From positions 1-41,438 of IMG/VR virus record IMGVR_UViG_3300011335_000526: DNA of 41,438 bases; one strand, given 5' to 3'. The stretch comes from a virus. Its lineage: Duplodnaviria > Caudoviricetes. The notes beneath the pieces are model-generated. The model was not told where the DNA came from, did not search any database, and worked only from the letters and a program-made list of their open reading frames with translations. Both the position numbers and the translations under genes were made by a program. Numbering within the stretch: position 1 is the first letter of the stretch; each line of letters starts with the position of its first letter. Below, piece by piece: positions 23,488-33,344 of this stretch.

Positions 23488-25193
23488 TCGATCACCGTGA
23501 TTGTAATTCCAGGCATTGCTCCGAATCCGCCTGCAGGTCCGCAGCAATTGATGCCGAACTTGAGCGTCCCGCTAAACACGATTGAAAGCGGATCACAGCT
23601 TACTGATGTCGCTGAGACTAAAACGCCGTCGAGCGTACAAGCTCCCGGTGCCAGCGTGACCTGAGCCTTCCACGTTCCACTGGAGCATGAAATGTTCAAG
23701 CAAAACGCATCGGCGTCCACGTTGCAAAGATTCGTGCAACCAGACCAGATCGATCCGGTTGGTCCCGCGTCAAGCGGCACTGTGAATGGCACGCCCACAC
23801 AACCTGGACAACTGATTTGAACTTCCGCAAAAAGGAACCGAGGCAGTGGACGTGGGCAGCATGAAACAATTCGCGAGCCGCATGTTCCACCACACCATCG
23901 GCACTCTGCCGAAAATCTCCACTCAGTGCCCGCCGCGTCGAAGAACAGCCAGTACGGTGAAGGCGATGGGCACTCTTCTGAAATCTCGTAGAGAGGCAAT
24001 GTCGTTGTCGGTGTAACGCCATACGGTGGCGTCAAAGTCATCGCACAGCATTCTGATACTGTGACCTGAACCATGTCGGTCACAAGCTGATCGCCGGTTG
24101 TGGTGATCCGCATTTTCACCTTGCCAAGATCGACCCCTGTGCCAGTGTACTCTGAAGTGAGGGGACGGACTGACATCAGCTCGATTGTCTCCGCATCCGC
24201 CCTACCGTTCAGAATGACTTTGACAACCCACGCCGCTGCGACCCAGTCGTAAAGCTCAATAGTCAAGACGGACGTTTCATCGTGGGAGTTTCCAAGCCAC
24301 TTGTAACCGTCAGCAACACGGTGCTCCAGATTCCATTCATAGATAACCTGTGCCCCTACGCCGTCGATCGTGTGGCTGAACTCATCGGCTTTGCTTGTCG
24401 CATGCCGAACAGTACAGGTGCCAGAAATTGTTTCGGTGCCGACAACTACTGTGGATGCTGCAATCATCCATTCACGTCTGCCCGTCAGCGTCAAATTCCA
24501 GCCGTCCAGTTCCCATGACAAGACATTCGGGACTTTTTTGAACTCCGTAATTCCGCAGCCCTCTTCGTAGGCTTCTCCGAGAGTTGAACAAACAGTTGCA
24601 TTGCTCTGTTCAATAGACCAGATGCTTGTGGAAGTCCGGCTCCAGATACTGATGCACATGCAGTCGCAGACACATCCGCAGCCGCCGCATTCAATCAGGT
24701 CTTTAACGCTCTGACTGGGAGCTTCTGCAATCGTGATCGTGATATCGCCGCTTGTCCATTCTCCGCCGAACTCACTGCACTGTTTCGGTTCCATATTCAG
24801 GTTGCAGATGACCGACGGAATTGTGTCGTCAATCAAAACAAAGTCTTCAAGCTCCAAATCCGGAATATCCCAGCCGATGTGACACTGCTCGTCCTGTACG
24901 AACATGCGAATGCACATTGTTCGCGATGTGCCAGAGATTGACACTGACGCCGTGTACTGAATCGCATGGCCGTCATAAACGGTGTTATCACAGCCACGGT
25001 GGACAACAACGTTCTGATCTTCGTAGCCGTACTCTGAAACCGAAACGCAGATCGTGTTTGGAATGCACCGGCAGCAATAACTTTGAAGGATTCGATTGTC
25101 TTCTCGTCGCCCTTCCCGCTCGTCCATTGGTTTCTGAGCACAGCCGCCGCAGCAACATCCAGCACTCCCGATTCCCTTTGCTTTTCTGGTCAT
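23484..25193 (-). CDS. Cys-rich tail-distal protein (putative fibre/receptor-binding)
   Basis: 569 aa with about 40 Cys in clusters (GCCCGGC, YCCRC, CGGCGCVCDCMC, SCCP); follows the tail hub genes. Confidence 0.65.
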   Translation of the reverse strand: MTRKAKGIGSAGCCCGGCAQKPMDEREGRREDNRILQSYCCRCIPNTICVSVSEYGYEDQNVVVHRGCDNTVYDGHAIQYTASVSISGTSRTMCIRMFVQDEQCHIGWDIPDLELEDFVLIDDTIPSVICNLNMEPKQCSEFGGEWTSGDITITIAEAPSQSVKDLIECGGCGCVCDCMCISIWSRTSTSIWSIEQSNATVCSTLGEAYEEGCGITEFKKVPNVLSWELDGWNLTLTGRREWMIAASTVVVGTETISGTCTVRHATSKADEFSHTIDGVGAQVIYEWNLEHRVADGYKWLGNSHDETSVLTIELYDWVAAAWVVKVILNGRADAETIELMSVRPLTSEYTGTGVDLGKVKMRITTTGDQLVTDMVQVTVSECCAMTLTPPYGVTPTTTLPLYEISEECPSPSPYWLFFDAAGTEWRFSAECRWCGGTCGSRIVSCCPRPLPRFLFAEVQISCPGCVGVPFTVPLDAGPTGSIWSGCTNLCNVDADAFCLNISCSSGTWKAQVTLAPGACTLDGVLVSATSVSCDPLSIVFSGTLKFGINCCGPAGGFGAMPGITITVIE

Positions 25194-25570
25194 GCGTTAC
25201 AGTCCAGACTAGGGCAGCAAAGCCCAGTCACCATCCAATACCAGGTTGGTCCAGTGTACCCGCCAAAGTGCAGGTCAATTGCTTCATCGTCCGTCAACAT
25301 CAGCATCGCGAACCCAGACCGCCCCGTGAGTTCAACATTCGACTCGTTCAGATAGCAGCCTGCCGTGTCGTAGACGCTGTCAATGACCGTGTCGCTTAGG
25401 CTGCTGCCGTAGGCTGCGCCGGTGAAGGATCGCTGACGGATAAGAACAAGTGCTGACGCAGTTGTGGGATCGGATGAGACGATCTGGAAACGTATCCATT
25501 TGGCACCACCGGAGGAGCCGCCACCCGCATGCAGCATCTTGAACTCACGGCGTGGTTTTCGGGTGCTCAT
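25190..25570 (-). CDS. Tail tip-associated protein
   Basis: 126 aa between the hub and the Cys-rich protein; coupled starts and stops. Confidence 0.6.
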   Translation of the reverse strand: MSTRKPRREFKMLHAGGGSSGGAKWIRFQIVSSDPTTASALVLIRQRSFTGAAYGSSLSDTVIDSVYDTAGCYLNESNVELTGRSGFAMLMLTDDEAIDLHFGGYTGPTWYWMVTGLCCPSLDCNA

Positions 25571-27453
25571 GCTGGTGCAATTCCTCTATCGACAATCAGA
25601 ACAGTTGACGGGCCGCCAGTTCGCGACATTTCATAACGCCGCTCAACCACCTGAACATATCGCCGTGACGGTGCCGTTTCAGGCGATCCGTCAAGACTGA
25701 TTTCACGCCCCGCCACCTTCGTGATCAGATCACCGATCTTGTAATCGATATGCCATCCGGGCAATCTGAATTCACAATCAACATCTGCGTAATGGTTTTG
25801 ATCACGAATCTTTTCTGCGTAGTCTTCTGCTTCCGTGCGGTCGTCTCGCTCATCGGCCGCGCCGGTCAGTACTGACGCGAATTCACCAGACGCTTGCCGG
25901 AATCTGTATTGAAACTTTTCTTCAGCCAACAGCACGTGTTCGCTAACCCTGGCGTTTACCGCCCATGCTTGTTTTTCAGCGTAGCCACGGCAGCGATAAT
26001 CACCTTTGATCGTGCCGGTTACCCGAACACGAGCGAGTGATCCCGCTGCGTAAAGCTGGGATGGGATATTTTTGCCATCGAAGAAGATTCCGATTTGATC
26101 TGGACACAGTTTAATGGTCCACTCTGACTCTTCTGGGAGCCACGTATATCCACCGTCTTCCGAATACTCCACAACGATCGGCCTTCGTTGTGGCTTGCCG
26201 TCGCCATAATCTTCGTCAGTCTGGTACGTTAGTGGCTCGCCAAGCGGCCGTCGATGCGGCGTTGCGATTGCGAATATACTGCCGAAGTCAGGGACTGCCG
26301 GAGTCTGGCCAAGCCGTAGCACCGCCGGGTCGAGGTCACCAGCCTCGTTGGCAATCCATAGCCTCCACGCAGTGGTGTTTGTTGGGTAATATGCACCGTC
26401 TTTTGCCAAGTCATCCTCATCGATCACGTCCGCTGCTGCTGGCCATCCGGGGTACAGATTGATCGTGATCTCTGCTTCCTCAAAATCGCCGTACACAGTG
26501 ACCTGATTGAACGAATCGCCAATAGAATTGTTAACCACAAGCTGATTGACGTTTGCTTCCGTGAGATCGAGAACGCTGTTGATTGCAGGAAACAGCAGTT
26601 CCTTTTCTTCGCCTGAACCGATCTTGAAAAATACAAGCTGTGGCTTTGTCTGCGTGTAGTCGATCCAATGGTTGTAGCCCAACGGAATCAGGATTTTATC
26701 GAGTGCCTGGGGGAGGTACGTACCGATCTCTATCGTGACGTTTCGCAGCGGAGGCGCAGCAGCGAGGACATCGAGATCCACACTCACCGGCCGGTCAATA
26801 AATTCCTGATCAGGATTTAGTATTTCGCACAGGGCGTGCACCGCTTGCTGAAGTGTCCACTCATTGCGAGTCTGGCTTTGATAGGTTTCTCCGATAGCCG
26901 AATCTGCCAGCTCCGGATGCGTCCACAGGTATCCACTAAATCCATCTCCGGGAGTCTCAAGCCGCAATTTGTCCGAGCGATTAAAGACGGTCTTTTCGTC
27001 AATCGTCGGATTAAAAACAATATGGTCGGCAATCATTTGCTGTTCGGCATCGATCGCATCCCAAACACGATAGCCAGTAACCGGAATACCAAAATGATAC
27101 GGCCTCAACTGACTTGTCGCCGTGAGCGATTCGCCTTCCTGATCAACGCGGAATCCCTCGCTGATGTAGTCGCCAAGATGCAGCCGCGTGTCGTCCACGT
27201 CCGGTAATTCAACCTGCACCATCCGCGCAAATGACGCCGGCTGTTCGCGGTCTTCGAGCGACTCACTGAGAGCATACTGAAGCTCGGCGTAATCGATGCG
27301 GCTTCCGGCCGACTGAACAACAATTGAGCAATAGACGTTTTCGAACTCATCCACCGGGGCTGGTGTAGTTCCGTCTTCAGGCCCGAGCAGCACTGTGAGT
27401 TCTTCGTATTCCTGAAACAGTGAGTCAGTCGTGTTGATTGCGTCGAATGCCAC
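25567..27453 (-). CDS. Tail hub/baseplate (Tal-like) protein
   Basis: 628 aa after the tape measure; NQVTVYG and YKIGDLITKV..VVERRY patterns typical of hub proteins. Confidence 0.7.
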   Translation of the reverse strand: MAFDAINTTDSLFQEYEELTVLLGPEDGTTPAPVDEFENVYCSIVVQSAGSRIDYAELQYALSESLEDREQPASFARMVQVELPDVDDTRLHLGDYISEGFRVDQEGESLTATSQLRPYHFGIPVTGYRVWDAIDAEQQMIADHIVFNPTIDEKTVFNRSDKLRLETPGDGFSGYLWTHPELADSAIGETYQSQTRNEWTLQQAVHALCEILNPDQEFIDRPVSVDLDVLAAAPPLRNVTIEIGTYLPQALDKILIPLGYNHWIDYTQTKPQLVFFKIGSGEEKELLFPAINSVLDLTEANVNQLVVNNSIGDSFNQVTVYGDFEEAEITINLYPGWPAAADVIDEDDLAKDGAYYPTNTTAWRLWIANEAGDLDPAVLRLGQTPAVPDFGSIFAIATPHRRPLGEPLTYQTDEDYGDGKPQRRPIVVEYSEDGGYTWLPEESEWTIKLCPDQIGIFFDGKNIPSQLYAAGSLARVRVTGTIKGDYRCRGYAEKQAWAVNARVSEHVLLAEEKFQYRFRQASGEFASVLTGAADERDDRTEAEDYAEKIRDQNHYADVDCEFRLPGWHIDYKIGDLITKVAGREISLDGSPETAPSRRYVQVVERRYEMSRTGGPSTVLIVDRGIAPA

Positions 27454-27824
27454 TATGCCTCCAGAACGATGATACGAACCTTCGTTGCTGCTATGTTCGC
27501 CTTAAGATAGAGCGTGGTTTTGCCAGCATTCAGCGTGATGATATTTGGAATGCCAGTGCCTGTCGGAAACAACTTGATTGGATAGTCAGCGGTCGTGGTT
27601 CCGAGTTCACAGTAGTTCGTTGCGTCAAGGTTCCAGATGATCGCAACCTTGGGCGTTGTGATACCCGTTAGTGCGACCGTTGTTTCGGTTGTAGCGATTG
27701 ATCGCACACTATCAAACAACCCCGACGCTGCCTGCGTCGTCAGGATCTTTGCGGGCTTAAAGTCCAGACGCAGGAGTCCGTTGATTAGCTGGACCGAAAA
27801 CGAGCTGGTGATTTCATTTGCCAT
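27453..27824 (-). CDS. Small beta-rich structural protein
   Basis: 123 aa; IWNLDATNYCEL; tail operon. Confidence 0.65.
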   Translation of the reverse strand: MANEITSSFSVQLINGLLRLDFKPAKILTTQAASGLFDSVRSIATTETTVALTGITTPKVAIIWNLDATNYCELGTTTADYPIKLFPTGTGIPNIITLNAGKTTLYLKANIAATKVRIIVLEA

Positions 27825-28023
27825 TTGGAATTACCTTTCCGATGTCACCAAAGCCCGGCTGCTTCACCTTCGCAAATGCCCGTTGCCGGTGGTCATCGAG
27901 ACTGCCTTTGCCGTCCCATGACGCATCAATGTCGCTCACGTCGAAAGTCTCTTCTGCGGCTGGCGCGGACTCGATAGTGATACCATCACTGCCATCTTCG
28001 ATGTCTTTAAATTCGTCTGTCAT
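27814..28023 (-). CDS. Small acidic hypothetical protein
   Basis: 69 aa, overlapping both neighbours. Confidence 0.55.
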   Translation of the reverse strand: MTDEFKDIEDGSDGITIESAPAAEETFDVSDIDASWDGKGSLDDHRQRAFAKVKQPGFGDIGKVIPNGK

Positions 28024-28418
28024 GATCTCACCTGCCTAAATTTCAACATGCCTTTAATTTGCCACCCGTTGACGCCTGATCCATCCAGCCACGGGTCCTC
28101 GTCTGGCGTGAACCCGTCGAAGATCACGTTAAGAAATTCGAGGCCGCTTACATCAAGCGTTCCGGATTTGTTTGTTGCATCGCTGAGCGTCACGATGCCA
28201 GCGTGCAGCAGCCCGTGCGATGCGTAGCCAGTCAGCCAAAGCCAGCAGGTTAACTCTCGGCCGCTCATGCCGCCGGTGAATGTCATTTCACCAGTCGTTC
28301 CAAACCATCGCTGTGTTGTCCGTGCGTAGTCGTACGGCCCCGGCTTGACGCTACCGTGAAGGTGCGAGCCGGTGTTGATGACTTCAACGTCGTCTTTGTC
28401 CGTGAGCGTAATTGTCAT
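28020..28418 (-). CDS. Distal tail (Dit-like) protein
   Basis: 132 aa right after the tape measure; ends MLKFRQV. Confidence 0.6.
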   Translation of the reverse strand: MTITLTDKDDVEVINTGSHLHGSVKPGPYDYARTTQRWFGTTGEMTFTGGMSGRELTCWLWLTGYASHGLLHAGIVTLSDATNKSGTLDVSGLEFLNVIFDGFTPDEDPWLDGSGVNGWQIKGMLKFRQVRS

Positions 28419-30391
28419 GGTGCTGTGGCCGCTGGTAGTGGTGCAACTTGTGGCCGCTGTTTCTGTGGTTGGGCTGGCTGCTTGTTCGCCGGTGCCTGCC
28501 CTTTTAGGATCTCATTGTTTTCGCGTTGGAGTTGGATCAGTTCACTGAGACCGCCTGAATCAAGTAACACTTTCTGCAACTCGGCTTTTGAAACAAAGTC
28601 CTCTCCCACATTGGTCCTTATACCCCTAATTCCTTCGACGTTTTTGCCTGTGATACCTTCCGTGTTGATCAGGCTTTGCATTTCCTTTACGTCAATGTTG
28701 CCGTCTTTATTGGCGTCCTTCTGCTCAACAAACGTCGCCACTCGTTTCGCCTCAACTGCTTTGACGCTGCCCGCCAAGTCTTGAATGATCGCGATCTGCG
28801 TATCGAGCTTCGCTTGATCCTCACCGGACACGCTGCCACCGATGGGAATAAAGCCAAAGCCGGTTTCTCGGTTCTTGAGTTCTTCCAGTGTCGTCGTTGC
28901 TGCGGTCGCCGCATCTTGTCCGAGTCCCATTCTCGCCCTGAAGTCATCCTTTGCGTCAGCTCGCGTCCATCGATCCAGCCCGGAAGCGTTGGTCATTCCA
29001 TCAACGGCACGATTAAACGCCTCCGCAATGCTTCCTTCCAGTGCCAACTTTGGATCGGTGATCTGATCAGCCGCCTTTGATTTATTAGCCGCCTGCAGGT
29101 TCTTCGTATTCTCCGCGATGACCGTGACCAGTGCGTCGAAGTCTTTCCTTGCTCCCTCTTGCGAAGTGACGATTGCCGCCGCCGCTGTCTCAAGTTCCTT
29201 TGCCTTGTCCGTTCCAGTGACTATCTGACGGACTGCCGATTTCCCTTGATTCTCTTCAATCGTGCTTAGGAACTGCTTTGCGATTTCTGGATTCGCTCGC
29301 ATCGCCTGCACTCGATCGTCCATCGTGCCGAGCTTGCTGAATTCAGCAACCTGATCGGCAGACAGTTTTGACTTTGTTCCGTCGTCAAGCGTTGCTGATC
29401 TCTTTGGGATGAATGAATCCATTTTCGAAAACATCTGCCGCATTGTTGTGCCGGTGATCGACATGTCTTTGTCTTGCAGTAACTGCGACATTACGGACGC
29501 CATCTCAAGCGTTCGCTCCCCGCCAAGTGCGTCGATCCGTTCGCCCTTCGTATTGGCCGCCGCCATTGCTGTTGCCATGTTGTTAATGGAAACAGACAAA
29601 TCCTCTCCGCGTGCTGCCTCCTGAAACTGGCTTAACTGACCGAGTGTTGATTCAAAATCTCGATTGCCGGTTGTCGCTGCCATCGTCAGCATTCCGGACA
29701 TAATCGGAATGGCCTTTTGTGCGTCCCCTGCAGTTAGCTTGAGCGTGGCTGATGATAACTTCAAGGCTTCGTCAAGATCTTTGGCACCGCCAGAAATGCC
29801 AGCCGCCAACATGCTGGCCAGTCCTTCCTGAGTAACGCCCATTTGCGGTGCGTTTTCTTCAATCATTCCTCGGGCTTTGCCGACGTTGTCCGCCCCAATG
29901 TTCAGTGCCATTTCTGCAATGGCTCCTTCGACTGATTGCATTGTGGACGAAGCCCTGAGACGAACTTCCTCTGCCTTTTCAAATTCAGCTATCGCCGCTT
30001 CCAGAACACTTTTGAATGACGCCATACCTGCGGCCAGCCCGCCGAGCTTGGCAATTGCACTGTTGCCGAGAGAACTCAACGCCGATTGATTGGTGGCCAT
30101 CGCCTGCTTTGCGCCACTGAATGATGCTCGCAGTTCATCGACCTTCATTTTCTGATCAGCGAACGCTTTAGTCCCGATTTGTAAGCCAGCCAGTGCGGCC
30201 TCGTTTTGCTTTAGTTCTTGCTCGAGCTTATTGAACGAGCCAGCCGCCGCGTCAGCACCTTTCTTAGAGGTGTCCGTCAGCTTCTGCATCAGCTTTTCTT
30301 GACGCTCAATCTTGCCGTCAATCTTCTGAATCGTCGCCAGCATACTCTGAGCTGTCGCGATCCACTCCACTGTGATGATTTCATCAGCCAT
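28415..30391 (-). CDS. Tape measure protein
   Basis: 658 aa, helical Ala/Gln/Met rich; GSFNKLEQEL, GTTMRQMF; position after tube and chaperone. Confidence 0.85.
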   Translation of the reverse strand: MADEIITVEWIATAQSMLATIQKIDGKIERQEKLMQKLTDTSKKGADAAAGSFNKLEQELKQNEAALAGLQIGTKAFADQKMKVDELRASFSGAKQAMATNQSALSSLGNSAIAKLGGLAAGMASFKSVLEAAIAEFEKAEEVRLRASSTMQSVEGAIAEMALNIGADNVGKARGMIEENAPQMGVTQEGLASMLAAGISGGAKDLDEALKLSSATLKLTAGDAQKAIPIMSGMLTMAATTGNRDFESTLGQLSQFQEAARGEDLSVSINNMATAMAAANTKGERIDALGGERTLEMASVMSQLLQDKDMSITGTTMRQMFSKMDSFIPKRSATLDDGTKSKLSADQVAEFSKLGTMDDRVQAMRANPEIAKQFLSTIEENQGKSAVRQIVTGTDKAKELETAAAAIVTSQEGARKDFDALVTVIAENTKNLQAANKSKAADQITDPKLALEGSIAEAFNRAVDGMTNASGLDRWTRADAKDDFRARMGLGQDAATAATTTLEELKNRETGFGFIPIGGSVSGEDQAKLDTQIAIIQDLAGSVKAVEAKRVATFVEQKDANKDGNIDVKEMQSLINTEGITGKNVEGIRGIRTNVGEDFVSKAELQKVLLDSGGLSELIQLQRENNEILKGQAPANKQPAQPQKQRPQVAPLPAATAP

Positions 30392-31049
30392 CTGATTTGC
30401 CTCTCTGCAGTCCGAGCGTTGAGAGGAATGTGTCCATGATGTGATCCTTGCCGGTCCACATGTCGAGACGCACAGCTACTTCTGGCAGCAGTCTGTAATT
30501 GACTCGCAGCAGTTTTAGCAACCAGTTGATTTGAACGGACGGTTCAACGCGGAACACCATGTCACGAACGCCGAACTCCTGAAGATACTCATCGCGGATC
30601 AATTTGGCCTCATCACACATCCACGAGAATTGGCGGATCGTTTCCCACTTCATCGATCCGTCATCAGCGTAGACCGCCCGAGCGTCGACCGTGTCAGGTG
30701 TCGGCAGTTTCCACTTGGCGGCTCCGAATTCGGTCAGCGGCCCGGACTGCGTGTAATGCCTGCGAAGTTCGTTTTCCTTCGGCTCTTCCTTAGTCCAGAA
30801 CCCCACGTAATAAAGCGGCTTCCCGTCGATCTTCTGGACAGACGGAACCCACTCTTGCTCAGTTGGCGAGTAATCATGCCGAGAGCCGATTGTGTGCATG
30901 TGGGCGATCATCATTCCGGCCATTTCATTTGGCCCGCTCGTGCACCGCACGGCATTATGACCGCCGAGCAAATCGAGCAGCCCCGCAGCTTTTGCGCGGT
31001 CCTCGATCTCGGGTGGTGAGCAATCCGGAATGAATGTGAGGAAATGCAC
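30384..31049 (-). CDS. Putative tail assembly chaperone
   Basis: Position between tail tube and tape measure. Confidence 0.5.
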   Translation of the reverse strand: MHFLTFIPDCSPPEIEDRAKAAGLLDLLGGHNAVRCTSGPNEMAGMMIAHMHTIGSRHDYSPTEQEWVPSVQKIDGKPLYYVGFWTKEEPKENELRRHYTQSGPLTEFGAAKWKLPTPDTVDARAVYADDGSMKWETIRQFSWMCDEAKLIRDEYLQEFGVRDMVFRVEPSVQINWLLKLLRVNYRLLPEVAVRLDMWTGKDHIMDTFLSTLGLQRGKSDG

Positions 31050-31067
31050 TCAATAGCCTCTCGCAAA

Positions 31068-31967
31068 TTATGGCAGAGCAACGGCAGTCGCTGCGGTCAG
31101 CACTTTGCCGTGTAGCGTGATCGTCGCGGATCCATCGTCGTTATTGCTGACGGAAACGCTGTCTGTGTCAGCAAGTCCCGCAGCGAACGTGAATCGGATA
31201 TGCTCGGCTGTCGCACCGGCCGTGAACGTTCCAGAGTCGGCCCGCTTCTTCATATAGAAGTTGGCGGAAGTCATCGCCGTAAAGTCGCCGACAGTTCCGG
31301 CGATTGCGTCGAAGTCGTTTACGGTGAGCTGCATCGTCGGAACTGCTGCCTTGATCGATGCGAACAGCGGAAACAGTGAGCCGGATCCCAAAGGCGGCTT
31401 CACAACTTCGATGCCTGGCGTCACCCGGAACGATTGAACACCCGCGATTGCCGTCCCGTTAATGTAGCATGGCCCGAGCGTGTATTCTGCATTGAATGAC
31501 TGAGCCGCGATGGATGCGGAAACAGTGTCGTCGCAGCCCTTCACAAGACCGTCAGCGGACAACCAATGCACGTCCATGTTTGCCAAAGCGAAGTCGCCGT
31601 CCTGGCTGGCTTCGAATGACGTGGGAACGATCAGAGCATTCGCCCCGGTCAGGTTCACATTGTTCGATCCTGAGACGAACAACGCACCGGCAGAACGAAT
31701 CTTGAAAGGAATCGTGATTGTACTGGCAAGAAGAGACAGGCCAGCGCTGCAAAATGTGCTCGTGTTCAATGCGACCAAGGCGGCCAAGTCGCCTGAGACG
31801 ATCTGCGAAATCTCCCCGCCCGACTTGCCACTGATCTGAACGACGGCCGCACCGCCTGAATTCATGGCCTTGCGGTGTTCCTGATTTGTCGAATGATTCG
31901 CAGTTGTTACCTGCCGAATGTTTGTTGCACCGAACAGGGCATCCGCACATACAAAATATTTGGCCAT
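31068..31967 (-). CDS. Major tail (tube) protein
   Basis: 299 aa Ala/Thr/Ser-rich beta protein after the neck genes; no sheath gene present. Confidence 0.65.
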   Translation of the reverse strand: MAKYFVCADALFGATNIRQVTTANHSTNQEHRKAMNSGGAAVVQISGKSGGEISQIVSGDLAALVALNTSTFCSAGLSLLASTITIPFKIRSAGALFVSGSNNVNLTGANALIVPTSFEASQDGDFALANMDVHWLSADGLVKGCDDTVSASIAAQSFNAEYTLGPCYINGTAIAGVQSFRVTPGIEVVKPPLGSGSLFPLFASIKAAVPTMQLTVNDFDAIAGTVGDFTAMTSANFYMKKRADSGTFTAGATAEHIRFTFAAGLADTDSVSVSNNDDGSATITLHGKVLTAATAVALP

Positions 31968-32500
31968 TATTTCGTCCTTCGTTTTCGTTTGCGGCTGTTG
32001 GCCGGGTTCAGTGCTGCGATCCTGTAATCGATCGCCAGTCGTTTTCGTTCTTCAGCGATTTCCGCTTTGGACATGACCGCGATTTCTCGCTTCTGCCACG
32101 ATGCCATTCGCCTAGTGTTCTGTCGGGTCCATCTGGCCTTCTGCTGCGGGCTCATCGCCGCCCATTCTTCAGCCGGTAGTTTCGACCCTAGTGCCGCCCT
32201 GATCTGCAGCCTTGCTCCGTCTGGTGTCGCCGTGATCTTTGTCCTGATGGATTCCTTCATCTTTCCGCTGGCAACGTTCGGAAGATTCTTCGTCCGGTAC
32301 AGTCGAGCCTTTGTCTTCTCCCACTTTGCTGATCGTCGCCGGGCTCCGTATTCGGAGTAGGCCACCATCTTAAAATGCTTCGGCAGTCGACTTGCAACAT
32401 GTCGCTCCATGCACTCCAGATTCAGCCGACTCATAATCCTGTTATGAACTCGCGGAAGTAGCTGAGCACTCCGTATTTCAAGAACGATGTTAATCGTCAT
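31967..32500 (-). CDS. Tail completion/neck protein (basic)
   Basis: Arg/Lys rich; PNVASGKMKESI resembles the TG.L..SI motif of tail completion proteins. Confidence 0.6.
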   Translation of the reverse strand: MTINIVLEIRSAQLLPRVHNRIMSRLNLECMERHVASRLPKHFKMVAYSEYGARRRSAKWEKTKARLYRTKNLPNVASGKMKESIRTKITATPDGARLQIRAALGSKLPAEEWAAMSPQQKARWTRQNTRRMASWQKREIAVMSKAEIAEERKRLAIDYRIAALNPANSRKRKRRTK

Positions 32501-32982
32501 ATGAAATCAACCCCGAGCGACAACACAAAATTCCATTCACTCCCGCCGCCGTTGTTGTCCGGATCCAATCTCCCAGGCATCAGCGGAATGTCCACGGTCT
32601 TGACCATCTCACCACCATCGCGGCTCAGTGTGGTATTGATTGCATCGAGCATTGCCGAGAACTGTTGCCAAATCCAAATGTACTGAATTCCGTAAGTCGC
32701 TTTTTCGGCCTCTGGCATTTCCAAGTAAAAACGGATTTCAAAGACCGCCGTTCCGTGAAGCCTCGTGGCTTTCCAGATCGTTGACAAACTTGTGATATCC
32801 AACACGATGCAAGGATTTGAGCTTAATGTCGGTTCGTCCTGATCAAGCTCAACAGCCCCGTAATGGATTCTCTTTGCTGCTTCTGCCGATGTTGATACGC
32901 CGCAAATCGTCTGCCATGCGGGCAATGCTGAAAGCATCGTTCGCAGGCTTGTGAGTGCGGTGCCAACATCAAGAGCAGCCAT
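32497..32982 (-). CDS. Tail terminator-like protein
   Basis: 161 aa; synteny; RIHY..PCIVL pattern. Confidence 0.55.
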   Translation of the reverse strand: MAALDVGTALTSLRTMLSALPAWQTICGVSTSAEAAKRIHYGAVELDQDEPTLSSNPCIVLDITSLSTIWKATRLHGTAVFEIRFYLEMPEAEKATYGIQYIWIWQQFSAMLDAINTTLSRDGGEMVKTVDIPLMPGRLDPDNNGGGSEWNFVLSLGVDFI

Positions 32983-33344
32983 TACAAATCACCAGTGCGG
33001 AACACTCGCCCGCCTTTGACTTCCTGCTGAGTGCGTGCGAGCTTTGCCGTTTTCATTCCCTGCATTGGGTCTGAGACGTGAACCACTTCGTAGCGAACTG
33101 AACCGATCCGGATCGCATCGGCTTCCGTGAGCGTAGACGTTTCGGCGAAATCAAATGTCCGTGAATGTGTGTAGCCACGTCCGCGAACATCGTCCGTTGC
33201 CGTCATGTCGTCGCCGGGAATGCCGATGATCGTCCGGATGTCTCCCGCATCACCGCCGACGAAACGCTGGCATGTTTCTGCGAAGTCATCGACCTGCAGA
33301 AACACATCGGCTACGTCGGAAATGATTTGCGTTTTCAAAGACAT
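32982..33344 (-). CDS. Head-tail joining (FII-like) protein
   Basis: MSLKTQIISDVADVFL..DDFAE; D.I.I...RYEV..GM. Confidence 0.7.
   Translation of the reverse strand: MSLKTQIISDVADVFLQVDDFAETCQRFVGGDAGDIRTIIGIPGDDMTATDDVRGRGYTHSRTFDFAETSTLTEADAIRIGSVRYEVVHVSDPMQGMKTAKLARTQQEVKGGRVFRTGDL

Noticed and set aside
30384-31049. Lambda G/GT-type frameshift in the tail chaperone
   Set aside because: A single ORF runs straight into the tape measure start; no second frame or slippery heptamer is needed.
26745-32587. Isolated CAGCGGA heptamers in tail genes (near 26746, 31365, 31553, 32581)
   Set aside because: No inverted partner arm at 7-8 bp and they lie inside coding sequence; expected by chance.
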